A stretch of 64,000 nt of DNA from Chloropicon primus (taxonomy: Eukaryota), in contig CP060760.1 of assembly GCA_023205875.1 (NCBI GenBank), positions 620,001 through 684,000 on the forward strand, written 5' to 3'. Under the pieces are notes generated by a model. It saw only the letters and a list, made by a program, of their open reading frames with translations. It had not been told where the DNA came from and made no database searches. Below, one piece after another: positions 27,154-38,051 of this stretch (its first letter is position 1; every line of letters starts with the position of its first letter). Position numbers and translations under genes: made by a program.

Positions 27154-29931
27154 TTATAACATGTTTTCCAAGTGCTCCTTTGCGATGTCCTGGGCGAGCT
27201 CCTTTGCCCCCGTCTTCTCGTAAATCGCGACGAGGTTGTGAGCCGCGGAGGTTTCGATTGCGCTCAAGTCTTCCCCCGACGTCTTGCCCCCCTTCGCCTC
27301 TCCTATCTTTTTGAGGACCTTGTTGTACAGTTCCTGGGCAAAATGAAGTAGGCCAATCTGATGGAACGCTCTCGCGGTGTTGTACACCGCTCCCGGGGAG
27401 TATCCCTCTCTGTGAGCGTAGCCACCCAGGAAGTAAAAAGCGTTGAGTATCGAATAGTTCTTCTCGTATTCCGTTTCTACCGAAGCCCCTTCCGTTTCCA
27501 CCGCCTTCTGCAAATAATGCACAGCCAAGCACAAGAGTACCACCGGATTCCAGTTATCAACCAGCAAGACATTCCAGTAGTCCCTCAATGCATCCTCAAG
27601 GTTGTCTGTGAGAGAGCTGTGGTGGGCGTTGGCCATCATCGCCTGCAAATTATTCTTGTCGCTCTTGTGCTTCAACTTTGGCATTTGGGCGAGGGGCACC
27701 CCTGCTACCTGGGCGATGTGGAAGAACACGTTCCACAAAACATTGGAAGCAGGCGCGTGGGCGCAGACTTCCCGAATGTCATCGAAGGCGTCCTTGCCCC
27801 TGCCTCCTCGAAGGTTCACGATACATCGGAGAAATCGCAGGGCAGTCTTCCTGTCCTTGCTTATCCCCTTGGATTTCTTCTGGAAGAAAGGCTCCGCCGC
27901 ATTCAAGAGCTTCTCCAGCTCTTCGAGATCACCCACGTGGACGAGCTGCTTGCAGCACTCGATGGTGCTGGGAAACAGTTGGGCCTCGGTCAGGACGGCG
28001 TTCTTGATCGAGGTCCGGGTCCTCGGGACCTTCGCTCCATCTCCGCCCTTCTTGGCGTTCTCCCTCTGCTGCCGCCTCTCTTGCTGGTGTTGCTGGTGAG
28101 TAACAGCCGTGTCCCACAGGAACAGGAGCAGGGGCGACATGATCTCCACGTACCTCTCCTTCCTGTTGTACCTCAGGTTGTACCTTCCCTCCTTGGTGTA
28201 CTGCTCAAACAGCTTCTTCTGCATGGGGACAATATTCCCCTCCATCTTCAAAGGGGTAGCCTTCTCCAAGTCCTCCAAAACTTCCACCACGTCCTCCTCC
28301 TTGCCGTTCTTGTGCAAAAGGTCGCACAACATCAGAGAGACCAGCAAGTGGTCCAAGGTGTCGGCTGGCACCCTACTCATGACCTTCCTGAAGTTGACGG
28401 CCGCCTCCTCAAACTCACCAATAGCTTGCTGGCACTCGGCCATTTTGCTGTACAGGGCCGGCTGGTCAAAAGCCTTGATCCCCTCGAGCTTCTTGTAAAA
28501 GGTGAGGGAGGCCCGCGGGTCGTTGCTGAGGTAGAAGCTATCGGCGACCTTGACGAAGGCCTCCGCCACGTCGGGCCCGCTCTCCTCCTCGAGGGCCCCG
28601 AAGTGCTTCTCGGAGCCCGCCTTGTCGCCCAACTTGAGTGCAGCGATTCCTGCATTGGCGTGCAGCTGCAGGACGACGGGCTTGGACTTCGATGCGTGAT
28701 CCCTCGCCAAGCAATCTTCCGCGTACGTCAAGGCCTCCTCGTAATTTCCTTGCTTAATGTACATGTTCGTGATGGAGAGGGCTAGCTCGGGGGGGCACGA
28801 GCCGCTCCTGCTTCCTTGGGGCACAGCATCCAGCAAAATGGACACGGCCATCTCTCGGTTGCCTATCTTGTCGTACAAGGCGCTGAGCTCGACCAAGACA
28901 TTGAGTTCGGGGCGGGGCGGAAGCACCTCGTTGAGGGTCTTGATGTCCCTCATGGCCTTCTTCTTCTCCCCCATGTTCGCGTACGCGTCCGCCCTCCGGA
29001 AAAGCAGTTCGGGGTTGATGTCCTCGTCCGGCGAGTACCTGATGCACTTGGTCAAGCAGTACGCGGCCCGCACATGATTTCCCAGGGTCTCGCACCTATC
29101 CGCCACCGTGAGCCAGAGCGGGTAGTCCCTGGCCTGAACGTGCGCCGCGATCATGAGGAACTCCATGGCCTTCTCCGCGTTCCCCAACGCCTCGTGAACC
29201 AGCCCAAGGGTGTGGTAGGAGTCGGTCAGACTCGGGGCGATTCGGACCACCTCGACCAGCACGTCCGCCGCCTTGGCGTAGTCCCCGGTCGCGTAGAGCA
29301 TGTTCGCCTCGCCCTGCATCTGAAGCGCCGCGTCCGAGACGTTCCTCTCCTTGTAGTGCTTCGGCCTCCCCAGCTTCCGGCGCTTGTTGAACTTCCTCCC
29401 CCTGCCCGTGTAGATTCCCTGGAGTCTGTCCCTCTCCCCGTCGCTGAGCTCCTCCGTCCCCGCGCCCCTCACGCGCGCCGGGCCGCCCTGCGAGCCCAGC
29501 ACCCTCTTCGCCTTCTCGACCGCCTCCTCGTAACCCTCCTCGCCATCGTCCGAGTTGTTGCCCTCCTTGTCTATGGCGTCCATGACATACCGCTCCTGGT
29601 ACGCGTGGTCCACCTCCTCCTCGTCCATGGACGACAACTCGCTGTCCCTGACCCCGTCCTCGGACTCCGAGTGGAGCGCGTCCCCGTCACCCCCATCGAC
29701 TTCGCCATCCAACCGCAACTCCTCGCCGTCGCCGTCGTCGTCGTCGTCGTCGTCGTCGTCCTCGATCTCAACCTCCTGCTCGTCGTGGCCCACCTCAACG
29801 AGGGCGTCGCTGTCCTCCTCCTCCTCCTCCTCGCTCCCGTCGTAGCTCCGGCTCACCTCCGCGTCCTCCTCGTCGCTGAGGTACTCCGCCTCCGCCTCGG
29901 ACGTGTCCATCTCGCTCGCGCTCTCCATCAT
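27154..29931 (-). CDS. GTF3C3: TFIIIC TPR subunit (GTF3C3/Tfc4)
   Basis: Acidic N-terminus, GEANMLYA..YHTLG..AAH, TPR array, and YNTARAFHQIGLLHFA..AAHNL C-terminus. Confidence 0.88.
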   Translation of the reverse strand: MMESASEMDTSEAEAEYLSDEEDAEVSRSYDGSEEEEEEDSDALVEVGHDEQEVEIEDDDDDDDDDGDGEELRLDGEVDGGDGDALHSESEDGVRDSELSSMDEEEVDHAYQERYVMDAIDKEGNNSDDGEEGYEEAVEKAKRVLGSQGGPARVRGAGTEELSDGERDRLQGIYTGRGRKFNKRRKLGRPKHYKERNVSDAALQMQGEANMLYATGDYAKAADVLVEVVRIAPSLTDSYHTLGLVHEALGNAEKAMEFLMIAAHVQARDYPLWLTVADRCETLGNHVRAAYCLTKCIRYSPDEDINPELLFRRADAYANMGEKKKAMRDIKTLNEVLPPRPELNVLVELSALYDKIGNREMAVSILLDAVPQGSRSGSCPPELALSITNMYIKQGNYEEALTYAEDCLARDHASKSKPVVLQLHANAGIAALKLGDKAGSEKHFGALEEESGPDVAEAFVKVADSFYLSNDPRASLTFYKKLEGIKAFDQPALYSKMAECQQAIGEFEEAAVNFRKVMSRVPADTLDHLLVSLMLCDLLHKNGKEEDVVEVLEDLEKATPLKMEGNIVPMQKKLFEQYTKEGRYNLRYNRKERYVEIMSPLLLFLWDTAVTHQQHQQERRQQRENAKKGGDGAKVPRTRTSIKNAVLTEAQLFPSTIECCKQLVHVGDLEELEKLLNAAEPFFQKKSKGISKDRKTALRFLRCIVNLRGGRGKDAFDDIREVCAHAPASNVLWNVFFHIAQVAGVPLAQMPKLKHKSDKNNLQAMMANAHHSSLTDNLEDALRDYWNVLLVDNWNPVVLLCLAVHYLQKAVETEGASVETEYEKNYSILNAFYFLGGYAHREGYSPGAVYNTARAFHQIGLLHFAQELYNKVLKKIGEAKGGKTSGEDLSAIETSAAHNLVAIYEKTGAKELAQDIAKEHLENML

Positions 29932-30323
29932 CGTACTCGTATCGAGTTCGCACTCCCTCACCAGGTCGACGGCGCCATCTACCTCGAGCGACGCACGAAA
30001 CGAAACAACGACTGGAACAACCCCTCCTCGCGCTCGTCGTCGTCGTCTCTGCCGTTTCGTTTTTTTGGCGGGAACGCCATCCCAAGGAAAGGAGAATGAA
30101 TGAGGAAGAGGAATGTCCTCGAAGGCATCGCCATCGTCGACGCGTAACGCCTACCGAGGAGGGCAGAATGACCGTCATAATTGTGGAGTAGAGGGCGTCG
30201 CTTCTCGTTGAAGACACTGATCAGACACGCACACACGCACACACGCACACGTGCGCACGCCACATTAGGTTGGAGGGGGTCATCACCAAAGCAAAGGTCG
30301 TACAGGTCATCACCAGCAGCAGC

Positions 30324-31040
30324 ATGAGGTTCCAGGGCTTCTTCATTTTTACGGCGATCATGGCCGTCGCCTTCGCGCCGAGCGCCGAGGCCTTCGGTTT
30401 CGTCTTTTGGCAGGGGATTATCGCGGACATCCTCGCCGCGTTCGCCCCCGTGGCGCCTTACGTCCCCCCGGTGACGAACGCCACCGCCGTCGTGCTGGGT
30501 GAGGCCGTGGGGGAGCTCACGGCGCCCGACGCGATCGAGCCCGTGGTGGACTCCGTTCTCGAGCCCGTGCAGGACTTGGTGGGCGAGACCCTTCCGGAGG
30601 TCTTGTCCGAGGAGAACGTCGAAGGGTTTTTCGACGAGACGGTCGGGGAGGCGCTGTCCGAGGAGAACATTCAGGGGTCCATTGGCGAGCTCGTGGAGAC
30701 CTTCGAGCCGATCATCGAGGAGGTCGAGGGCCTCCTGCCCGAGGACGTCGCCGAAGACGTCGAGACGTTCTTCGAGGAGGACCTCATGGAGTTCGTGGAG
30801 GAGAACGAGATCCCTCAGATCCTCAGCGACACCGCCGACACCGTCCAGGAAACTGTGACAGACTTCGTCGAGGAGGTGATCCTGAACCCCGAGGTCGAGA
30901 CGTTCGTCGAGGAGACCCTCCCCGGGCTCGTGGACGACGCCACGAACGCGGTTCAGGACCTCGACTTGGAGGACACCCTCGTCAGGGGGTTCGACACCGT
31001 GGGCTCCATCCTCGACGATCTCCTCGGGGACAGGGATTGA
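30324..31040 (+). CDS. Secreted hyper-acidic protein, paralog 1
   Basis: Signal peptide ending AEA; mature chain rich in E/D/V with no Lys or Cys; FWQGI motif. Confidence 0.8.
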   Translation: MRFQGFFIFTAIMAVAFAPSAEAFGFVFWQGIIADILAAFAPVAPYVPPVTNATAVVLGEAVGELTAPDAIEPVVDSVLEPVQDLVGETLPEVLSEENVEGFFDETVGEALSEENIQGSIGELVETFEPIIEEVEGLLPEDVAEDVETFFEEDLMEFVEENEIPQILSDTADTVQETVTDFVEEVILNPEVETFVEETLPGLVDDATNAVQDLDLEDTLVRGFDTVGSILDDLLGDRD

Positions 31041-31055
31041 GTCAAGTCCTACTTG

Positions 31056-31091
<36 letters not shown>

Positions 31092-31273
31092 CGGAGAGGC
31101 GGGTATATATAAAGTATAAAGTTTTGTCGAGTCGATCGATCTGATCTCATCATTATCATTATTATTATTATCATTGAACACGACGCACGCATGTTTTAAA
31201 AATTCTTCCTCTTCCTCGGGCGTAACGGCCCCTAGAGGGGGCGATGGAGAGGGCGATGGCGGGAATTCACAAC

Positions 31274-31307
<34 letters not shown>

Positions 31308-31349
31308 CCTTCTGATCACCACCAGACCTGAAACCGAAAGAACTCGACC

Positions 31350-32150
31350 ATGCAGCGCAAGTCCGGGATCGCCCTCGTCGCCACGACGCTCCTTCTGTCG
31401 TCGTCGGCCCTCACCCCAGCAGCCGCCCTGGGTCCGGCATTCTGGCAGGGGATCATGAACGAGGCGGAGAGGATCGTCTCCGAGGCGGAGGATGCCCTGA
31501 GGGCGACCTTCCAGCCCGGCATCGACGCCCTGACGCAAGCCTTCAGCGAGGAGAACCTGAACGACCATATCGTCGAGCCGGTCACCGAAGCGTTCCAGCC
31601 GGTGGTGGAAGTGTTCAACGACGGCGGGGACGCGTTGGGCGATCTGCTCGAGCCGGTGACCACGCTGGTGGACGAGACCATTCCGGAGTTCTTCGAGGAG
31701 GGCGGGGCCTTCGAGGAGGTGATCGTCGAGCCCACCCAGGAGTTCTTTGAGGAGACCCTGGTGGAGGCGTTCGCGGAGGACAACATCGTGGGGGAGCTGA
31801 CGGACGTCTTCGCTCCCGTCATTGAATTCGTGAACGAGACCGTTCCGGATGCTGCAGACCAGGTGGTCCACTTTTTCGACAACGATTTGCGAGACTTCGT
31901 GAACGGGACTCTCGAAGACGCACTGGCCAACGGCGAGATCGGGGCGGAGAGCCTCGCCCAATTCCTCGACGACATCATGCTGAACGAAGAAACGGAGGAG
32001 TTCGTGGAGAACGCCGTCCCCCTGATCGTGAACGGGGTGACGGGGGAGGCGGAGAACGAGGAGCTCGCAGAGGAGCTCGCCAACGTGTTCGGGGACATCG
32101 AGGGCCAAGTCAACAACGGCGAGGTTCCAGCAACAAGCTCTCAAAAGTAG
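31350..32150 (+). CDS. Secreted hyper-acidic protein, paralog 2
   Basis: Signal peptide; FWQGI motif; several segments align with paralog 1. Confidence 0.8.
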   Translation: MQRKSGIALVATTLLLSSSALTPAAALGPAFWQGIMNEAERIVSEAEDALRATFQPGIDALTQAFSEENLNDHIVEPVTEAFQPVVEVFNDGGDALGDLLEPVTTLVDETIPEFFEEGGAFEEVIVEPTQEFFEETLVEAFAEDNIVGELTDVFAPVIEFVNETVPDAADQVVHFFDNDLRDFVNGTLEDALANGEIGAESLAQFLDDIMLNEETEEFVENAVPLIVNGVTGEAENEELAEELANVFGDIEGQVNNGEVPATSSQK

Positions 32151-32317
32151 CAGCTTGTCTTACGCACCAAACCACACACATACCAAGGGAAGTTTCGTTC
32201 AATCTATTTATCATTATTAATATTTATCATTATTAATCTTTACACACAAACGCAAGAGTGAGTGAGTGCCTCAAGCTTGATCCGTTTATACATTGGGTTT
32301 AATTTATATCTATATTT

Positions 32318-35176
32318 TTACTTCTGTTCTACAATAAGCTTTCTGTACTCGGCCACGTCGGTCGTGACCACAAAGTGCTCGAGAGCCCTCAGCAAGTCCG
32401 TCTGGTCGTAGGACATCGACTCCTTCAACGTCCTCGTGAATTCTTGTATCGTGATCCTTTTCTCCTTGTAGCTCTTCAAGGTCAATATGAACTTCTTGTA
32501 GTCCTCCTTGGAGTACAGGTTCTTGGCCAAGTGCATGACCTTCATGGCTGGCACATTCGCCTTCGAAGTCACTTTGGCTTTGCCCTTCAAAGCCTCCTTC
32601 GCCTGGTTCTGGGGCGGAGGCGCCTTGTTGCTGGCGACCCGACTGCTCGTGCCCGCGAGCGATCTCCCCTCCAATTTCCTTTTCTTGGTCATGGCGAGCA
32701 TGTCACTGAGCTGCTGGCCGAATCCAGGCCTGCTCTTCTCGCTCTTGCCCGCGCTCCCGGCAAGCTTGCTCGCGAATGCGGAGAGCCCCCTGACATCGAT
32801 CCCCACGGCGGCGGGTCTCCTGGGGGCGTCATCGCTTCCAACGACGTTGCCCAGTCCCACGCCGGGAACGTTGAGCGCGGCGAATCCTCCTTCCTCCTTG
32901 GCTGCCCCGGCCCTCGCACCCCCGCCGACGCCCTCCGCGGAAACCTGGATGACGCTTCTCCTCTTCCTGAAGAAGTGGGTCAGGGCCCCCGCGGCACTCC
33001 CGAAGGTCTGGAAGTTCCTCGCGTGGGGCCTCAGCCACTTGGAGAGGTCCGCCATCGCAGAGGCGTTGCCAAACCTTTCGTCCAGCAGAATGATCGCCCC
33101 GTAATCGTGCCTGTGCCTAATGACCCGACCGAGGGCCTGGTTCACTGCCCTGGACGCTTGCTGCCTGTACCACTGGTCCCCGGTGAGCTTGGTCCTCCCC
33201 TCCGTGGACCTGGAATTCTTTCTGCAGTCCTCGTCCAGGACATCCTTCTTGATTCTGACCTGCGGATCGGTCTTCATGGCAAAGGGGATCCCCGTGACAA
33301 TCACTCCGCGGCCGGCCTTGTCCGAAAAGTCCAGGCCTTCGCTGGCCTTCCCCCTGCAGACGCCAAAGAAGATCGCCCCCGAGTAGCTGGGGTCATCCAG
33401 CTTCGCCTTGAAGTCCTCCGCGGCATGGGCAAACAGCTTGCTCTCCCTGGGCTCGATGATCGGCTGCTTGTACCTCGTGATGTGGTCCCAGATGCTCCCC
33501 GCGGCGCCGCCGCTCGATAACGGGGACTGCCACGCCTCCACGCACTTGTTCATCACGACAAAGGAGGGAAAGAAAACCAACAGCCCATCGGGAATCACCC
33601 TGGAAAAGTTTGCGATGGCGTTCCCAAGATCGTTCTTGTAATCCCGCAGGTCTCTGGTCTTGTAGGACGAGTTCAACCTCACGTTCGACGGGCCGACGGG
33701 CACGATGCCGAGCCACACCTGAGACGGGTCGATGACGTGCGGGTTCTCTATGCTTTCCTTGAAGGGCAGCTGCAGCTCGTGGGAGAAGGAGGCCAGGGGC
33801 GCCAGGGTCCCGCTGGTGACGATGATGCTCTCCACCCCCAAGTTCTGGAGCTCCCTCATCGCAATACCGGGAAGGAAGCACCAGTAGCTCAGGGTGGGCA
33901 TCCGCTTGAAATTCGTCCCCGCGGCGGACTTGAACTTGGCGCTCTCCTTCCTGCCGTCCGAGATGTGAACCCTGTAGCCCTCGAACATGGGGGGGTCGTC
34001 CTCCGAGAGCTTTCCCATGCTCCTCTGCACGATCTTGATGGCATCGGAGAGGGACGGAATGCTGTAAGTGGACCTCCTCGAGCCCGTGCCCTTGTCCTCG
34101 TCCCTCTCCTCCAAGGCCTGCGTCACCACGAGGAGCTGCTCCAGGAACAGCTCGTAGTTCTCCGCCGTGATCTCGGCCTTGGCCAAGAGCTGAAAGATGT
34201 AGTCGCCGGGAAAGGTGACACCCTCCCCGCTCGCCGGAAAGGCGTGGCCCGCGATAGCCTTCTCCAAATTCGACAGGATGGTCTTGGTCACCCTGAAGCT
34301 CTCTATCTCCGTTTCAACGTCCTGGTGGATCGCCTCGCTGCTGTTCGCCCCGCTCTGCAGCTTGTACTCGATCGCGCTCTGCACCTCGGCCATGCATTGG
34401 GACAGCCTGACCGAGGTCAGGTCGAAGCTCGCCGCGTCGGTGCAGACTCTCTCCAGGTTGTGGGCCTCGTCGAAGATCAAGACGCACCTGGCCCAGTCCA
34501 AGTTGGTCATCGACTTTCTTATTTTCGGATCCACCAGGTAATTGTACGGCAGGATCACGAGCTCGGCGTCCGTTTGGAGCTCCCTCGAGATGTAGAATGG
34601 GCAGCCCCCGCCGTTGTGGCCGATCTTCACGAGGTCCTCGATGTCCAGCAGCTGCGTGGCCGCCTGCTTGTTGGCCGCCATCCACTCGGTCACCATGTTG
34701 TGCGCCTTGCACCCCTGCTTCGCCACCAGCGACCGGCAGGCCTGGTTCTGGGGGTTCCCCTGCATCTTGGATATCGTGGGGTGGATGCACATCTGCTGCC
34801 TGGAACCCAAAATGCACGTCCTCGGCCTGTAGCTCGTGGCCTTCAGCTCCTTGATGACCTTGGCGAGCTGGCTGTGCGTTCTCGACGAGTACACGATCGT
34901 TCTGGACTCCCTCCTTCCTTGGAGGAAGAGCCTCGCCTCCTCGCTCGTTCCCTCGTCCGCCTTGTCCAGCTCTGCCTCCTTCGCCTTCTTCGACTCCAGC
35001 CAGCCCAAGGTCGCGCAAAGCAAGCACAGCGTCTTGCCCGTTCCCGTCGGAGACTCCAGCAAAGCGTTCGACTTCCCCTCCAACGCTTTCACGACCTTTC
35101 TCATGTACTCCACCTGGCAGTCGTACGCCTCAAAAGGGAAGTCCACCCTCACGCTGCCGATCGTGTACTCCGGCAT
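32318..35176 (-). CDS. RTEL1: RTEL1 Fe-S DNA helicase (XPD family)
   Basis: ESPTGTGKTLCLLC, SRTHSQL, Fe-S cysteines, DEAHN, CRGKASEGLDF, QASRAVNQALGRVIRHRHDYGA and a C-terminal harmonin-like domain. Confidence 0.92.
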   Translation of the reverse strand: MPEYTIGSVRVDFPFEAYDCQVEYMRKVVKALEGKSNALLESPTGTGKTLCLLCATLGWLESKKAKEAELDKADEGTSEEARLFLQGRRESRTIVYSSRTHSQLAKVIKELKATSYRPRTCILGSRQQMCIHPTISKMQGNPQNQACRSLVAKQGCKAHNMVTEWMAANKQAATQLLDIEDLVKIGHNGGGCPFYISRELQTDAELVILPYNYLVDPKIRKSMTNLDWARCVLIFDEAHNLERVCTDAASFDLTSVRLSQCMAEVQSAIEYKLQSGANSSEAIHQDVETEIESFRVTKTILSNLEKAIAGHAFPASGEGVTFPGDYIFQLLAKAEITAENYELFLEQLLVVTQALEERDEDKGTGSRRSTYSIPSLSDAIKIVQRSMGKLSEDDPPMFEGYRVHISDGRKESAKFKSAAGTNFKRMPTLSYWCFLPGIAMRELQNLGVESIIVTSGTLAPLASFSHELQLPFKESIENPHVIDPSQVWLGIVPVGPSNVRLNSSYKTRDLRDYKNDLGNAIANFSRVIPDGLLVFFPSFVVMNKCVEAWQSPLSSGGAAGSIWDHITRYKQPIIEPRESKLFAHAAEDFKAKLDDPSYSGAIFFGVCRGKASEGLDFSDKAGRGVIVTGIPFAMKTDPQVRIKKDVLDEDCRKNSRSTEGRTKLTGDQWYRQQASRAVNQALGRVIRHRHDYGAIILLDERFGNASAMADLSKWLRPHARNFQTFGSAAGALTHFFRKRRSVIQVSAEGVGGGARAGAAKEEGGFAALNVPGVGLGNVVGSDDAPRRPAAVGIDVRGLSAFASKLAGSAGKSEKSRPGFGQQLSDMLAMTKKRKLEGRSLAGTSSRVASNKAPPPQNQAKEALKGKAKVTSKANVPAMKVMHLAKNLYSKEDYKKFILTLKSYKEKRITIQEFTRTLKESMSYDQTDLLRALEHFVVTTDVAEYRKLIVEQK

Positions 35177-35648
35177 CCCGACGCCCGCCTACCTCGAGAC
35201 CTCGCGACGACGCCCTTCCCCTCGCTTCACAACCCTCGATCCTGTTCTTCAGAAAACGAACGCCAATCCCTGCACGAAAACCTTCAACAAAGGCACCGAT
35301 CGAAAGCCCGTGAGACGTAGTTTCGATCGATCGATCGCTCCCGTTTCTCCTCCACACCCTTCCGTACCCTCCCCCTCCATGACTCAACAAGGCGCTCTCC
35401 CTCTCTCGTCGCGCGGGAATCTGATCTGTCAGTCAGCCACAAGAGATCGATCGGACGACTCTCTCTCTGACTGACAGAGAAAGGGACGGAAGGAGGAGGC
35501 AAGGGAAGCGTGGCGGTGGTGTGTACTGTTGGAGCGATCGTTCGGCTTTCCACTGGTACCGACTGGTGCCTCGTAACGCTTTCTCTCCCTCCGCGTGGCA
35601 GCCGTTACGACTTTGGGGTCTGCAGAAAAGGTGTTGGTGCTGGTCAGG

Positions 35649-36458
35649 ATGGGTAAGGACAAGGGGAAGGGCCGGAAGAGGAGGGCCGAACCGACGGGCA
35701 TCCGAAGGAGTGGGAGGGCGAGGAAGGCTGTGGATTACGCTCACCAGGAGAGGGTCGAGCTCTTCGTTGCAGGGGAGGATGACGGGAGGCCAACGACGAC
35801 GACGTCCAAGTATAATCCAAAGCCAAGTCCTGCTGGAACCTCCTTCGTTTCATCCCTGACGCTGCCGGACACCAGTGGTCGCCCTCGCGACGCACATGGT
35901 TGTCTCGTGTTCCACGATCACCCTGAATTTAGGCCCAACCTCTCGCCGCAGCAGATGATCGCCAGCGGCGTGTTCGGAGGGTGCTATTTCCATCCCAAGG
36001 GAGGCAAGAAGGGCGTGAAGTACCCAAAGGGGATCCCGGCTTCCATGCTGTCCCACAAGGAGTACCCGCGAGAGTGGTTTGCTGGTCTCCCGGCCGCGAT
36101 GTATATCAGCAGAAGGTACGAGATTGCCACGAACAAGTACAAAGTGAAGGCCGGGCAGGACCAAGCATATTGGGAGGAAAAGGGATGGATCCATCCTCTC
36201 GACCCCAGAGGGTGGTTTCAATGGTATACGAGATTCTTCCAGGGCAGAAGAACAGAGGACGACCAGAGGCAGATTTCGAGGTGGAGGGGCGTCACTGGCG
36301 CGAAAGGCCGGTGGAAGCGCTTCCTTCTGAACAAAATTGTGAACGCCAACGCGGCGCTCGATGACACGTCCGTCTCTCCCGTGGTTCGACAGACCCTCCT
36401 TCACTGGGCTTACGAGGTCACGGAGAGGGACTTGGAGCGCCACCTCAAAGGCAAGTGA
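35649..36458 (+). CDS. Conserved hypothetical protein (FRPNLSP..GVFGG.YF / DPRGWFQWY.RF..GRR..DD.RQI.RW family)
   Basis: ATG at 35649; aromatic-rich motifs that look conserved; basic N-terminus. Confidence 0.75.
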   Translation: MGKDKGKGRKRRAEPTGIRRSGRARKAVDYAHQERVELFVAGEDDGRPTTTTSKYNPKPSPAGTSFVSSLTLPDTSGRPRDAHGCLVFHDHPEFRPNLSPQQMIASGVFGGCYFHPKGGKKGVKYPKGIPASMLSHKEYPREWFAGLPAAMYISRRYEIATNKYKVKAGQDQAYWEEKGWIHPLDPRGWFQWYTRFFQGRRTEDDQRQISRWRGVTGAKGRWKRFLLNKIVNANAALDDTSVSPVVRQTLLHWAYEVTERDLERHLKGK

Positions 36459-36488
36459 GGCTCCTATGCCATATAATTAACGAAAACA

Positions 36489-36493
36489 TTACA
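36489..36493 (-). terminator. TGTAA chlorophyte-type polyadenylation signal (representative)
   Basis: TGTAA lies about 10-145 nt downstream of stops on the coding strand: minus at 6097, 10845, 24301, 32240, 36489, 38587, 39907, 45825, 49847; plus at 3983, 16347, 51583. Confidence 0.75.
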
Positions 36494-36514
36494 ATTTTTT
36501 CCTTACGTCATTCT

Positions 36515-37612
36515 CTAAGATTCAAAGGTGCTACCAAAGTCGTAGCCTCCCGATCGCCAGAACCTCACGTGCTCTATTGGCACGCCCTGGTCGATCCTCT
36601 GAGGCTGAATTCCCAAATCCTTGAACCCCAAGGAAGATTCGTCCACCAGCAAGTCCGACTCGAGCTCGTCTATGTGGTCGGACGTGAGCATGGTGTGCGT
36701 GGGGATGGGGAAAGGTATCGCGGCCTGCAGTGCCGACCTCGGAGAGTCAAGAAGCTTCCCAACGGACGACGGGATGTTCAAGCTCCCGGAGGGCTCCCTG
36801 ATCGTCTTCTCCACCAGGGCCACCAGCTCCTTCACCGTGTAGGTCTCCGGCCCACCGAACTCGTAGAGCTTCCCCTTGGACTCCTCGAACTTCAGAGTCT
36901 CCACAAAGGCCTTGACGACATCGTGGACGTACACCGGCTGCATCTTGGTGGCACCCCCGTCGTAAAGCGGGACGTAAGGCATCCTGCGCGTCATGAAGGC
37001 GTAGCTGTTCAGAAGCCTGTCCTCCACGCCCACGAGGGGCGCGAGGCGCATAATAGTAGCCTCAGGGAAGTGCTCCCTCACCGCCTGCTCGCCAGCGTAT
37101 TTTGTTCTAAATTTCTTCCCCGACGCGTCCGGACTCGCCCCGACGCAAGAGAAGTGGTACAGCCTCTCGACTCCGGCCTCCTTGCAAGCCTTGGCGATGT
37201 TGCTCGCCATGTCCACGTTCACCTTCTCGAAGGAGTGCTTCCAGGTCTCCCTATCCCTCCCCAGCAAATTGATAACCACGTTGCTGTCTTGCACGTACTT
37301 CTTCACGGCATCCGGGTCGTTGGCGTCGTAAGGATCCAGAACAATCTGTCCGAGATCACCCATCAGTCGCAAGTGAGCCGTCGCCTGCTCCGTGCAGCGG
37401 TAAGGGATAATAACCTGCGAGCCTATCTTTCCAAGCTCGTTGACTACATATCGACCGAGAAACCCAGTCGCACCAAACACCGTCGCAGTCACCCCACTCA
37501 CGGAGTGTCTCCCTCCGCCGAGGCTCCCTCCCGCGCGCAACGCTCCCGTCTCCACGGCGAGACTCTTCGTCGCTCCATAGCACAACCCTCGGCTCAATAC
37601 ACGCGTCGCCAT
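36515..37612 (-). CDS. NDUFA9: Complex I 39-kDa subunit
   Basis: GGRHSVSGVTATVFGATGFLGRYVV, HLRLMGDLGQI and QPVYVHDV motifs. Confidence 0.95.
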   Translation of the reverse strand: MATRVLSRGLCYGATKSLAVETGALRAGGSLGGGRHSVSGVTATVFGATGFLGRYVVNELGKIGSQVIIPYRCTEQATAHLRLMGDLGQIVLDPYDANDPDAVKKYVQDSNVVINLLGRDRETWKHSFEKVNVDMASNIAKACKEAGVERLYHFSCVGASPDASGKKFRTKYAGEQAVREHFPEATIMRLAPLVGVEDRLLNSYAFMTRRMPYVPLYDGGATKMQPVYVHDVVKAFVETLKFEESKGKLYEFGGPETYTVKELVALVEKTIREPSGSLNIPSSVGKLLDSPRSALQAAIPFPIPTHTMLTSDHIDELESDLLVDESSLGFKDLGIQPQRIDQGVPIEHVRFWRSGGYDFGSTFES

Positions 37613-38051
37613 CCTCTCTCTCTCTCTCTCTCTCTCTCACGCCGCCCGAACGCGAACGAACCCTAGAATACCCTGCGATCCAACACGAAAAAACGAAACG
37701 GAGAGAGAGAGAGAGAGAGGTGAGTTTGTGCCGAGGGCGAGGACGGGGACGGGGGTCTTGGCAAGAGGGAAGGGGATCAACGGAAGCGTCGTCTCGCCAG
37801 CTTTCGTTTGAGCCTTTGGTTGGAAAGAGGCGACGTCGTTTGGGTGGAGGGGGGAACGGAAAGGACTGAAACTTGCTTTTTTCTTTTTCATGGTGCTCGC
37901 ATGAAACAGTTTTGGTGAGGGTGGAGACCGCCAAGACGAGGGGAGAAGGGAAAAGGAGCGATCGATTATCTCGAGAACTTTCGGTTGATCCCTTTTTCGG
38001 ATTCAGTGGGTTTCATTTCGGCACGGAAAGAAGCAAAGAGGTAGTCACACC

